Below are positions 1 through 9,245 of a stretch of DNA of 64,000 nt, piece after piece. The notes under the pieces were generated by a model, which had not been told where the DNA came from, made no database searches, and was given only the letters and a program-made list of their open reading frames with translations. How positions within the stretch are numbered: position 1 is the first letter of the stretch; each line of letters starts with the position of its first letter. Both the position numbers and the translations under genes were made by a program. The DNA is taken from assembly GCA_007376385.1 (NCBI GenBank), contig VMGC01000001.1, forward strand, positions 160,001 through 224,000, read 5' to 3'. This stretch comes from Parcubacteria group bacterium Gr01-1014_8. GTDB taxonomy: Bacteria; Patescibacteriota; Minisyncoccia; Phycocordibacterales; UBA2100.

Positions 1-1557
1 TACGCGACGAGCGTTGCTCTCGCATATGCGAAAGAGGCGGGGGTAAAACCGCGCGAGCTTGCAGAAAAACTTGTTGCATCGATGGGATCAGTTGAGGGAA
101 TCTCAAAGATTGATATTGCGGGGCCGGGGTTCATAAATTTTACTCTCGACCCTCGATTCGTATACAAGTCGCTCGAAGCGGGTCTTATGCAGGAAGAGCA
201 ATGGGGGAGCGGACTTTCGCGAAAAGGAAAGAAGATGATGATCGAATACACTGACCCGAACCCGTTCAAGGAATTTCACATTGGCCACCTTGTTCCGAAT
301 ACGCTTGGAGAAAGCATCTCGCGATTGCTAATGTTTTCCGGGGCGGAGGTAAAGCGCGCGAACTATCAGGGCGATGTCGGTATCCATGTCGCAAAGTCCC
401 TTTTCATTCAGTTGGAGAAGGGTATTACAGACCCGACAATCGAGGACCTTGCAAGCGCCTATCCTGAGGGCTCGCGCCGATACGATGAGGACCCTGAAGC
501 GAAAAAAGCCATTGATGAGCTGAACAAAAAGATTTACGACAAGAGCGACGAGAAGATCAATGCGTTGTACGCAAAGGGAAGAGCGCTCTCTCTCGCGCAC
601 TTTGAGGAGTTATACAAAGTTCTTGGAACAACATTCGATTACTATTTTTTCGAAAGCGAGACGGGACCGATCGGCGTGAAGGAAGTGCGGGCGCATCCGG
701 ACGTGTTCGAAGAAAGCGAAGGCGCCGTTGTGTTCAAGGGGGAGAAGTACGGCTTGCATACGCGTGTATTCATCAACAAGCTTGGGCTCCCGACGTACGA
801 AGCAAAAGAACTCGGGCTCGCGCGAATGAAGGCAGAGAAATATCAATTCGATCTTACGCTCACAATAACCGCAAATGAGCAGGCGGAATACTTCAAGGTG
901 GTCATGAAAGCCATGGAACTTTCGCTTCCTGACCTTCGCGGCAAACTCGCGTTCAAGACAAATGGTTTGCTTCGTTTTGCTGACGGAAAAATGTCATCAC
1001 GCCTTGGCAATATCATTACCGGGGAGGAGTTGATAGGCGACCTGAAAGAGAAGGCCATGGAACGCGCATCAAAGAGCAGGGCTACGGACGCGCAAAAACT
1101 GGCTGGTGAAGTTGCGGTTGGTGCCATCAAATATCAAATACTCAAGCAAGGGTTTGGGAAAGATATTATTTTCGACAGAGAACGGGCGCTCTCGCTAGAG
1201 GGCGATTCCGGTCCATACCTTCAGTACGCACATGCCCGAACGAGTGCAATTGTTGAAAAAGCGAGGGGGACGGGCATCGTCGTGAAATTCGATACTGCGA
1301 GCGGTGCGAGCGAACTCGTACGCCGCTTATACCGATTCAACGAGATTGTTATGCGCGCGACAGACGAGCTTGAGCCGCATCTTGTTGCCACCTACCTCAT
1401 CAATCTTGCGGCGGCATTCAATAGCTGGTACGCGAATGAGCAGATACTCGATGGAACACTTGGTGCGTCTCACAAAGTTGCGATAACTGATATCACGAGG
1501 CAGACGCTCAAAAATGGACTTTGGCTCCTCGGTATTCCGGCGCCGGAAAAGATGTGA
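1..1557 (+). CDS. argS: arginine--tRNA ligase (5' end truncated by the window edge)
   Basis: The ORF from 82 extends in frame back to position 1 (translation ...ALAYAKEAGVKPRELAEKL...). Class I HIGH-type motif HIGHLV, ArgRS core and the C-terminal DALR anticodon-binding region are present. Ends in TGA. Confidence 0.9.
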   Translation, partial: YATSVALAYAKEAGVKPRELAEKLVASMGSVEGISKIDIAGPGFINFTLDPRFVYKSLEAGLMQEEQWGSGLSRKGKKMMIEYTDPNPFKEFHIGHLVPNTLGESISRLLMFSGAEVKRANYQGDVGIHVAKSLFIQLEKGITDPTIEDLASAYPEGSRRYDEDPEAKKAIDELNKKIYDKSDEKINALYAKGRALSLAHFEELYKVLGTTFDYYFFESETGPIGVKEVRAHPDVFEESEGAVVFKGEKYGLHTRVFINKLGLPTYEAKELGLARMKAEKYQFDLTLTITANEQAEYFKVVMKAMELSLPDLRGKLAFKTNGLLRFADGKMSSRLGNIITGEELIGDLKEKAMERASKSRATDAQKLAGEVAVGAIKYQILKQGFGKDIIFDRERALSLEGDSGPYLQYAHARTSAIVEKARGTGIVVKFDTASGASELVRRLYRFNEIVMRATDELEPHLVATYLINLAAAFNSWYANEQILDGTLGASHKVAITDITRQTLKNGLWLLGIPAPEKM

Positions 1558-1595
1558 AGCGTTTCAGCGGAGCATATTTCTGTTAGGATGTCGAA

Positions 1596-4500
1596 ATGGC
1601 CGAACAAAACTCACAAGAAAAGAGCGAGACTGCAAAACGAGAAGAGGAGGTGTTGAAGTTTTGGAAAGAGAACACTATCTTCGAGAAATCGCTCAAAAAG
1701 AGAGCTCCGAAAGGCGAGTTTGTTTTTTATGATGGACCTCCGTTTGCGACTGGCTTGCCGCATACGGGTTCGCTCCTTTCATCCATCATCAAAGATGTCG
1801 TGCCGCGCTATAAAACAATGCGGGGATACGTGGTGCAGAGGCGCTGGGGATGGGATTGCCATGGGCTTCCTATCGAGAGCCTTATCGAAAAACGTCTGAA
1901 CTTAAAGACGAAGAAAGACATCCTTGATATCGGCATCGACACATTCAACGAGGCTGCACGGGCGAGTGTGATGGAATTTGAGCACGAGTGGGAAAAGTAT
2001 GTCGACCGTGTCGGCCGATGGGTCGACTTCAAGAATTCCTACAAAACGATGGATAACTCGTACATCGAGAGCGTATGGTGGGCTTTGAAGCAGTTGTATG
2101 AAAAATCGCTGTTGTATGAAGGCAATAAAGTACTCATGTATTGTCCTCACTGCGAGACGCCGCTTGCGAAAGCGGAGATAGCGATGGACCATACGTACAA
2201 AGACATTACAGAAGAGGCGGTCACTGTCCGGTTCAAGATAAAACGTCCGTCGCGCTACGGACTTCCCGAGAATACTCACTTCCTTGCGTGGACGACAACA
2301 CCGTGGACATTGCCGGGCAACGTCGGTCTTGCAGTCGGTCCTGGCATTAGTTATGTTCTTGTGCCGGAATCCGGCGGGATGGCCATCGTTGCCAAGGATC
2401 GCCTCGACATCTTGAAAAAAAGTGCACGTCCGCGGGTAAGCGTCGACATGGGCAGGGAATATAAAGGTTCGGAGCTTGTCGGGATGGAATATGAGCCTTT
2501 GTATGACGTTGTTTCGGTCATCAGACATGGGGGCAATAAACACGTTGTACTCCCTGCGGATTTTGTGTCGACGGAAGAGGGAACGGGCGTCGTGCACACG
2601 GCAGTGATGTACGGAGAAGATGACTTCGCACTGGGGCAAAAAGAAAATCTGCCCAAAGTGCAACTACTCAATCCGAATGGCACATACAACAAAGAAGCGC
2701 CAGCATTTTTACAAGGAAAATATATCAAGGAAGCAGAGAGAGATATTAAACGCGATCTCGAATCGCGCGGACTCCTTTTTGAACGCGAGAATCATACGCA
2801 CTCATATCCGCATTGCTATCGATGCGGGACGCCATTAATTTACAATGCTGTCGCGTCGTGGTTCATCAATATTCAGAAAGTGAAGGACAAAATGCTTTCA
2901 GAGAACGAAAAAGTACAGTGGGTACCGGAACATCTGAAGCACGGGCGCTTCAAGAATATCGTGGAGAATGCGCCAGATTGGACAATTTCGCGCAATCGCT
3001 TTTGGGCGTCGCCGCTTCCTATCTGGAAAGAGAAGAAAGGGAATCGCGTGATGGTTGTCGGTTCACTCGACGAGATAAAGAAAAAGTCGAAGAAAAGCGG
3101 TAATAAATATTTTGTGATGCGGCATGCGTGGTCAACCGGGAATGAGAATGGCACGCTGAGTTCAGACAAGGATGCGGACATCGGTCTGACAGAGAAAGGG
3201 ATCGCGGACGCTCGCGCATCCCTGCGAGCATTCGGAACGAAAGTGGATATCATCTATACGTCGTCCTTTAAACGAACCCGCGAGACTGCAGATATAGCAG
3301 CGGAGGTGCTTGGCGTGCCAAAGGAACATATCAAATCTGATGATAGATTAGGAGAATGCAATTTTGGTCCATACAGCGGGAAGACGCTTGAGGAGTACCA
3401 CGCGGCATTCCCGGAAAAGGCAGAGCGATTCAGTAAAGGCCCTGAAGGTGGGGAGACGTACGTAGAAATTCGTCGACGTATGATGTCGGTTCTGTCCGAA
3501 TTGGAAAAAAGTGAGAAAGGCAAAAATATCCTTATCATCTCGCACGGCACGCCGCTCTGGCTTCTCTGTGCATCTGCGAGAGGGCTCTCTCGCGAAGAGG
3601 CGCTCTCGACTCGCGAGACGGATTATCCGAAACAAAGTGTTATCACCGAACTCTCGTTCGTACCGCTTCCCTATAACGCCGACTATGAATTGGACCTTCA
3701 TCGACCGTATACGGATTCATTGACGCTCCTCGATGAAGAGGGGCGAGAATACGAACGAATTCCGGAGGTCGTGGACTGCTGGGTCGAGTCCGGCTCCATG
3801 CCCTTTGCGGAACAGCACTATCCATTCGAGAATAAATCGGTATTTGAAAAGAGAGCGCCGGGCGATTTTATCGCTGAATATATAGCTCAAACGAGGACGT
3901 GGTTCTACTATATGCACGCGATGGGCGTTCTCCTATTCGGAAGGCTCGCATTCCGAAATGTTGTTTCGACGGGAACCATTCTTGCGGCAGATTCATCTAA
4001 AATGTCGAAGTCGAAGGGAAACTACACGGACCCTTTGGTTGTTATGGACCGCTATGGCGCGGATGCGTTGCGCTTCTATTTGATGGGAAGCGTCGTGATG
4101 CAGGCAGAGGATCTGAATTTTCGCGATGAGGATGTTCGCGATACGCATAATCGCGTTATGGGGCTTTTGTGGAATACATATAAATTCTATGAGCTCTACA
4201 AAAAAGAATACGAAGGAAAAGCTTTTGCGAAAAGAAGCACGAATTTGTTGGACCAATGGGTCATCGCACGGCTTAATGAAACTGTGCGCACAGTTACAAA
4301 TGCGCTTGATGCGTTCAATATGCCGCCTGCAGCACGGGCCATACGAGATTTCGTTGAAGATTATTCCACGTGGTATGTGCGCCGCTCCAGGGAGCGCGTG
4401 AAGGGTTCTGATAAGGCGGATAAACAATTCGCGCTTGCGACGCAAAGAGAAGTACTGCTCGATGTTGCGAAAATGCTCGCGCCCATTGCTCCTTTCATAG

Positions 4501-5093
4501 CCGAGAGCGTGTACAGAGGTGTAGGAGGAGCGCTTGAAAGCGTGCACTTGGAAGAATGGCCGAGTGGGATTTCAAGAGGATTTTTCTCTCGATTATTTGG
4601 CCGCGACAAGAGCAAAGAATCTTTAGCAAACATGGCAGCGGTGAGAGCTGCCGTATCACGTGCACTTGAAGCTAGAGAGAGGGCACGTATGAAAATACGC
4701 CAGCCGCTCTCGGCATTGATCCTTAACGGTGAACGCTTCCCCATCAAGGAAAGCGGGCTCCTTGATATCATCAAAGAAGAAGTGAACGTGAAGCGTGTTG
4801 ACGTTGGGGACATAACGGACGACGTATGGTTGGATACTGCGCTCACTCCTGAATTGAAGCGAGAAGGCCTCATTCGCGAGGTCTCGAGAACGGGACAGGC
4901 GGAGAGGAAGCTTTTGAAGCTGAGTCCGGAAGACAGGCTTTTCAGGGTCATCGTGCGCGGAACAAACGATACGATCCTCGCTGTTAAGGAACACGAATCA
5001 TACTTGCGGGAATCACTGAAAACCGATGTTTTGATGACCGAAGTAGATGAGTCTGGCAAAGAGCCTATGCGCGTTTCCATCGAGAAAAGATGA
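1596..5093 (+). CDS. ileS: isoleucine--tRNA ligase (eukaryote-like type 2) with an inserted histidine-phosphatase domain
   Basis: N-terminal 'EEVLKFWKEN', a HIGH-region variant PHTGS, CP1 editing-domain motif TTTPWTLPGN, 'DWTISRNRFWASPLP', KMSKS (SKMSKSKGN) and a C-terminal anticodon-binding region. The 1165 aa include an extra ~200 aa (see the insertion feature below). Confidence 0.9.
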   Translation: MAEQNSQEKSETAKREEEVLKFWKENTIFEKSLKKRAPKGEFVFYDGPPFATGLPHTGSLLSSIIKDVVPRYKTMRGYVVQRRWGWDCHGLPIESLIEKRLNLKTKKDILDIGIDTFNEAARASVMEFEHEWEKYVDRVGRWVDFKNSYKTMDNSYIESVWWALKQLYEKSLLYEGNKVLMYCPHCETPLAKAEIAMDHTYKDITEEAVTVRFKIKRPSRYGLPENTHFLAWTTTPWTLPGNVGLAVGPGISYVLVPESGGMAIVAKDRLDILKKSARPRVSVDMGREYKGSELVGMEYEPLYDVVSVIRHGGNKHVVLPADFVSTEEGTGVVHTAVMYGEDDFALGQKENLPKVQLLNPNGTYNKEAPAFLQGKYIKEAERDIKRDLESRGLLFERENHTHSYPHCYRCGTPLIYNAVASWFINIQKVKDKMLSENEKVQWVPEHLKHGRFKNIVENAPDWTISRNRFWASPLPIWKEKKGNRVMVVGSLDEIKKKSKKSGNKYFVMRHAWSTGNENGTLSSDKDADIGLTEKGIADARASLRAFGTKVDIIYTSSFKRTRETADIAAEVLGVPKEHIKSDDRLGECNFGPYSGKTLEEYHAAFPEKAERFSKGPEGGETYVEIRRRMMSVLSELEKSEKGKNILIISHGTPLWLLCASARGLSREEALSTRETDYPKQSVITELSFVPLPYNADYELDLHRPYTDSLTLLDEEGREYERIPEVVDCWVESGSMPFAEQHYPFENKSVFEKRAPGDFIAEYIAQTRTWFYYMHAMGVLLFGRLAFRNVVSTGTILAADSSKMSKSKGNYTDPLVVMDRYGADALRFYLMGSVVMQAEDLNFRDEDVRDTHNRVMGLLWNTYKFYELYKKEYEGKAFAKRSTNLLDQWVIARLNETVRTVTNALDAFNMPPAARAIRDFVEDYSTWYVRRSRERVKGSDKADKQFALATQREVLLDVAKMLAPIAPFIAESVYRGVGGALESVHLEEWPSGISRGFFSRLFGRDKSKESLANMAAVRAAVSRALEARERARMKIRQPLSALILNGERFPIKESGLLDIIKEEVNVKRVDVGDITDDVWLDTALTPELKREGLIREVSRTGQAERKLLKLSPEDRLFRVIVRGTNDTILAVKEHESYLRESLKTDVLMTEVDESGKEPMRVSIEKR
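3105..3700 (+). other. Histidine phosphatase (PGAM/SixA-like) domain inserted in the IleRS connective region
   Basis: The translation contains the ordered branch-1 histidine-phosphatase motifs: VMRHAWS (RHG-type catalytic His), LTEKGIADA, IYTSSFKRTRETA, RLGECNFGPYSGKTLEEY, ETYVEIRRRM and ILIISHGTPL (second catalytic His). It is flanked by IleRS sequence (IWKEKKGNRVMVVGSLDEI upstream, LDLHRPYTD...VDCWVESGSMPF downstream). The ORF is continuous and there are no intein-like termini. Confidence 0.7.
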
Positions 5094-5094
5094 C

Positions 5095-5670
5095 ATGTAC
5101 GCAAAGTATCAAACAGAGGCGGTTGTCTTAGGGAGCCGGAATATGAACGAAGCGGACAAGATAGTGGCGCTCTTTACGCGCGACTTTGGTCTCGTGCAGG
5201 CGAAGGCCACGGCTGTGCGTTCGGAGGGTTCGAAGATGCGCTACGCTCTGCAGAATTTCTCTCGCGCGCAAGTCGCGCTTATTAAGGGAGCGAGTGGCTG
5301 GCGAGTGGCTGGCGCTGTATCCATTTCCAATACGCCTGATGCTGGTGGCGAAGCACTCGCGGCACTCGCACGCGTCTCGCAGCTTGTGCTGCGGCTCATC
5401 AAAGGGGAGGAGCGAAACGAATATCTGTTCGCAGCACTCGCGGATGCGCATGCGGCGCTTGTGCAAAAACCCTGCGACGCTTGGGCAACCATTGAATTGA
5501 TGTGCGTTGCCCGCATCCTGTATTCGCTCGGATACTTGTCTTTTGAGGCGTTCGAGACCGCTCTCTTCTCGCACACTGCATACGTAGGGGAGCATTTGAA
5601 GGAAGCTGAAAAACTTAGGGAAAAGCTTTTGGCGTCGGTTAATCGAGCAATGGGGGAGACGCATCTTTAA
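5095..5670 (+). CDS. recO: DNA repair protein RecO (short form)
   Basis: The N-terminal OB-fold signature YxTEAVVL...EADKIVALFTRDFGLVQAKA...SKMRYALQNFS is typical of RecO. I placed the start at the ATG at 5095, just after the ileS stop, rather than the ORF-track start at 5047, which overlaps ileS. Confidence 0.7.
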   Translation: MYAKYQTEAVVLGSRNMNEADKIVALFTRDFGLVQAKATAVRSEGSKMRYALQNFSRAQVALIKGASGWRVAGAVSISNTPDAGGEALAALARVSQLVLRLIKGEERNEYLFAALADAHAALVQKPCDAWATIELMCVARILYSLGYLSFEAFETALFSHTAYVGEHLKEAEKLREKLLASVNRAMGETHL

Positions 5671-5683
5671 TTAAGAATTACGT

Positions 5684-6355
5684 ATGAAATTTGCTACTGT
5701 TGTTTTTGATTTCGACAGTACTCTCGTTGATGTAGAGACGCTTGAGTCAGTGAGTGAGATTGCACTGCAAGGAAGAAAAGATTTCGCTGCCGTGACGGCG
5801 CAGATACGCACCATTACAGAACGCGGCTTGCAGGGAACGATGGCGTTTGATGAATCGCTCGCTCGCCGCATGGCGCTCATTGCCCCGCGCAGAGAGGATG
5901 TTCAGAGAGTCGCGGGCGGGCTTGTCGAGCACATTACGCCGTCAGTGTTGCAGCACAGGGATTTTTTTGCGCACAACGCAGAATGTGTATTCATCGTATC
6001 TGGCGGGTTTGATGAATTGATATTTCCGGTATCAGACACGCTGGGTATTCTTAGGAAGAATGTATTTGCAAATGCCTTTGTGTACGATGAACGCGGTGTT
6101 GCGGTCGGCGTCGACACAACCCGCCCGCTCTCACAGCATCTCGGTAAGGTGAAAGCGTTGAGAGCGGAGAATTTAAAGAGACCGCTTGCGATGGTCGGCG
6201 ATGGTTACACAGATTATGAAGTCAAAGCGCATGGCGAGGCGGATGTCTTTATTGCGTATGTTGAGCATACGCATCGCGACGCAGTCGTGGAACATGCGGA
6301 TAATGTCGCGCTGTCATTCAGCGATGTGCGTCGGTATTTGGAAATGATGTTGTGA
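5684..6355 (+). CDS. HAD-superfamily hydrolase, phosphoserine-phosphatase-like (HAD-IB)
   Basis: Motif I DFDSTL at the N-terminus and a C-terminal GDGYTD (motif IV-like), with a SerB-like layout overall. Confidence 0.75.
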   Translation: MKFATVVFDFDSTLVDVETLESVSEIALQGRKDFAAVTAQIRTITERGLQGTMAFDESLARRMALIAPRREDVQRVAGGLVEHITPSVLQHRDFFAHNAECVFIVSGGFDELIFPVSDTLGILRKNVFANAFVYDERGVAVGVDTTRPLSQHLGKVKALRAENLKRPLAMVGDGYTDYEVKAHGEADVFIAYVEHTHRDAVVEHADNVALSFSDVRRYLEMML

Positions 6356-6365
6356 GCATCTGGAG

Positions 6366-7169
6366 TTAGAGAGACAGTACGTATTGCAGGCGTCGAACGA
6401 GCGCATCATGGATATCGCGAGTGGTGCGAACTTGATTCGTGATCTTGAAATCCACGCCTGTTCGCAAGCGCTCGGAGTAAGAGTTGTGCGTGGCGAGTCG
6501 TTCTGGTGTTGCAACGTAATCGCTCGATGAATGCTGTTTGGCTTCTTGGCCGCAGCGAAGTGCATAGGTATATAGTCGATGTAGCATCTCTGTGCCCTGC
6601 GGGCCGTCGAATTCCCGCAACATTTTTCTCGCTTTGTTCTTGACGAGCTTTTTTTGATCGTCCGTGAGCCACGTGTATCTACTGCCAACTGTATCGGAAG
6701 GAGTGCCCGCGACGTCGATCAAAAATTCAAAATTTCCTGGGATGTCAAAGTTATATATTTGTCCGTCGCTGATGGAATAGTTTTGCAACACGTGAAGGCC
6801 TCTGTCGCCTATGCCAAAGACAACGGCGAGAATAAACATATCTGACTCCGCGACATCTATTTCTGTTGCTGAAGGTTGTCTTTGCCCTCTTTCTGGTGCG
6901 GCCATTGAATAGAAGTTGCCGCGGACTTTGTCATATACTACGGGGCATTGGTTTATGGCTTTCTCGAGAAGCAATGACGTAAAAAATTGTCGTACGGGTT
7001 TGTCGAGCACGAGGTAGAATTTTCTTCCGCTCTCATCTTCAAAAATAGGGTACCCGTAATCTGGTTCATTAGCGATCTTTCGCAGATCCTCACCTTCGAG
7101 AATGGCCCGCGAGTGCGGTATATCATCGGGTGTCGCGTTCGATACTATGTCCTCGTGAGCCATCATCAT
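6366..7169 (-). CDS. hypothetical protein
   Basis: Long minus-strand ORF. I trimmed the start to the MMMAHEDIV methionine cluster (7163-7169), because the ORF-track start at 7433 would overlap the divergent gene at 7231. No recognisable motifs. Confidence 0.45.
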   Translation of the reverse strand: MMMAHEDIVSNATPDDIPHSRAILEGEDLRKIANEPDYGYPIFEDESGRKFYLVLDKPVRQFFTSLLLEKAINQCPVVYDKVRGNFYSMAAPERGQRQPSATEIDVAESDMFILAVVFGIGDRGLHVLQNYSISDGQIYNFDIPGNFEFLIDVAGTPSDTVGSRYTWLTDDQKKLVKNKARKMLREFDGPQGTEMLHRLYTYALRCGQEAKQHSSSDYVATPERLATHNSYSERLRTGVDFKITNQVRTTRDIHDALVRRLQYVLSL

Positions 7170-7230
7170 ACATCGTGGCAGTAAGTATACTGCCGGCGGG
7201 TACGCGGCACTACGTGGTATTATTTTTGGG

Positions 7231-9195
7231 ATGCCGACGAATGGTTCTCCTTCACACGAAGACGAGCGAATTGACCGCTTGCGGCGCGCGATGTACTCGC
7301 GTTCGCTTTCTCCTAACATCAAGGATAAGCCGCGCCGTGAGATGCGCCCCGAGAAAAATCCCGTCGGAGAAGATTGGCAGAGGGCAGAGCCGAAGATACC
7401 AGGCTCGCTCATTGCCCCGCGCGGCATCGGCATGATGCGGCTTGTGATGAAATGGCTTGTCGCGGCTGCGGTAGCATTCTTTGTAGGTGCGCTTGGTTTT
7501 TTTGCATATTATTTCATCCTTGGCGGGGGGAGTTCTCCAGCGTCCCCCGGGAACATCGATATCTCGATCTCGGGCCCGCTGCAAATTGCAAGCGGCGAGC
7601 CGGCCGAATTGCAGGTTGCAATCGTCAATCGAAACCGAACATCATTACAGCTTGCAGACCTCGTCGTAAAATATCCGAATGGAACTCGCTCGCCGACGGA
7701 CCTTCTCACGTCGCTTCCTGATCAACGCATTCCACTCGGGACAATAGAACCCGGAGGGAGGAGACAAGGAACAGTGTCAGCTGTATTTTCCGGTGTTGAA
7801 GGCGAGCACGCGGACATCGCCGTTGAGTTGGAATATCGTCTTGAGAATTCGAGCGCCATCTTTGTTGCGACATCCCAATATCAATTTTTGTTTGCTTCTT
7901 CGCCACTCTCAATTTCTATCGAAGGTAATGATGAGACAGTGTCCGGACAGCCTATTGAGCTCAAGGTGACAATAGCGTCGAACTCTGACACGCCAGTCAA
8001 AGATGTCCTGTTCACGGGGAGCTATCCTTTCGGGTTCACGTTCGGCTCGGGCGAGCCGTCGCCAACGAAGATAGGCGGGGGAAATATGTGGTCGCTCGGA
8101 GATATATTTCCTGGACAAAAACGCACGATCATTTTGCAAGGCACTCTCGCAGGAGAATCCGGAGATGAGCGGGTCTTTCGTTTCAGTGCGGGGACGCGCA
8201 AGTCGAAGACGGACCAGACGATATCTACAACGCTTGCTGACTATGCGCATCATATAACCGTCTCAAAACCATTCCTGGGACTTGCTGTCCTGATCAATAA
8301 AGAAGCGGGTGGGAACACCACTGTCGCTCCTGGAGATTCTGTGACCGTGTCAGTCACGTATCAGAACAATCTTCAAACTGCTATTGCCGACGCGGTCATC
8401 GTCGCGCGTCTTTCGGGCGCTGAGATTGACGGCACGACGGTGCGCTCAACGGACGGATTCTATCGCTCCGCTGATAATGTTGTGCTCTGGGACAAATCAA
8501 CGACGAACGGCAGTTTGGCCACCATCGCGCCCGGGGCGAAGGGGACGGTTAGCTTTTCATTCGTCGTGCCGAAAGATGAAGCGATGCAGGCGCTCCGCAA
8601 CCCTCGGCTCGACATAACTGTGCACGCGGCGGGAAAACGAGTATCGCAAACGGGAGTACCGGAAACTCTGCAGGCGAGCGCGTCGCAAACTCTCCGCTTC
8701 GCAAGCGACTTGCAACTCGCGGCGCAAGGCCTCTATTACACGAATCCTTTCGGGTCGACCGGGCCAATGCCTCCGAAGGCTGGCACGGAGACGACATACG
8801 CGATAGTTTTCAACGTTACCAATACGACAAATAAAGTAGAGAATGCAACTGTACGAGCCACACTGCCGCCGTATGTTCGATGGGTAGGCGTCTACAGTCC
8901 GTCGACGGAAAAGTTGGTGTTCAATCCCAACGATTCGTCCGTGACCTGGCACATAGGCACGATAGAGCCGGGTGCCGGCATCGGCGGCGCTCTGCCGCGT
9001 CAGGCCGCCATCGCGATCGGTTTTACGCCATCCACAAGTCAGATAGGCCAGCAGCCGGCGCTCATACGGAGCATCTCGCTTTCTGGCACGGATGCATCCA
9101 CTCATGTGTCAGTGACGAAAACGACAACTGATATCACGACGAATATAGTCGGCGACCCTGGATTTTCTGCAGCGAACGCGACGGTCGTCAAATAA
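7231..9195 (+). CDS. membrane-anchored extracellular repeat protein (beta-rich, CARDB/DUF11-like repeats; family not certain)
   Basis: 654-aa ORF with an N-terminal TM anchor WLVAAAVAFFVGALGFFAYYFIL, followed by repeated ~100-aa T/S/G-rich beta-type modules. Confidence 0.6.
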   Translation: MPTNGSPSHEDERIDRLRRAMYSRSLSPNIKDKPRREMRPEKNPVGEDWQRAEPKIPGSLIAPRGIGMMRLVMKWLVAAAVAFFVGALGFFAYYFILGGGSSPASPGNIDISISGPLQIASGEPAELQVAIVNRNRTSLQLADLVVKYPNGTRSPTDLLTSLPDQRIPLGTIEPGGRRQGTVSAVFSGVEGEHADIAVELEYRLENSSAIFVATSQYQFLFASSPLSISIEGNDETVSGQPIELKVTIASNSDTPVKDVLFTGSYPFGFTFGSGEPSPTKIGGGNMWSLGDIFPGQKRTIILQGTLAGESGDERVFRFSAGTRKSKTDQTISTTLADYAHHITVSKPFLGLAVLINKEAGGNTTVAPGDSVTVSVTYQNNLQTAIADAVIVARLSGAEIDGTTVRSTDGFYRSADNVVLWDKSTTNGSLATIAPGAKGTVSFSFVVPKDEAMQALRNPRLDITVHAAGKRVSQTGVPETLQASASQTLRFASDLQLAAQGLYYTNPFGSTGPMPPKAGTETTYAIVFNVTNTTNKVENATVRATLPPYVRWVGVYSPSTEKLVFNPNDSSVTWHIGTIEPGAGIGGALPRQAAIAIGFTPSTSQIGQQPALIRSISLSGTDASTHVSVTKTTTDITTNIVGDPGFSAANATVVK

Positions 9196-9245
9196 CGCGG
9201 TTCCATTTTCCCGAGGGAAGCTTTTAAGGTACACTCCAATTTCAT

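Noticed and set aside
3105-3700. Possibility that the extra segment in ileS is an intein
   Set aside because: There are no intein splice motifs: the N-terminal residue is not Cys/Ser/Ala in an appropriate context, and there is no C-terminal His-Asn followed by Cys/Ser/Thr and no endonuclease block. The segment instead has all the histidine-phosphatase motifs.
5047-5094. ORF-track start of recO at 5047, overlapping the ileS 3' end by 47 nt
   Set aside because: The first Met, MSLAKSL..., lies in ileS coding sequence. The ATG at 5095, directly after the ileS TGA, gives the canonical RecO N-terminus (MYAKYQTEAVVL).
1902-5104. Large antisense ORFs within ileS (1902-2663 -, 3993-4547 -, 4361-5104 -) and similar shadow ORFs opposite recA (17940-18596 +), ftsK (19260-19967 +, 20356-20967 +), the giant surface gene (25069-25590 -) and metG (12259-12840 -)
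   Set aside because: They lie opposite confidently assigned conserved genes. Their low-complexity composition mirrors the codon bias of the sense strand, and no motifs are present.
7170-7433. 5' extension of the minus-strand hypothetical gene to 7433
   Set aside because: It would overlap the divergent gene starting at 7231 by more than 200 nt. The Met cluster at 7163-7169 gives a sensible start. The extension is low-complexity.
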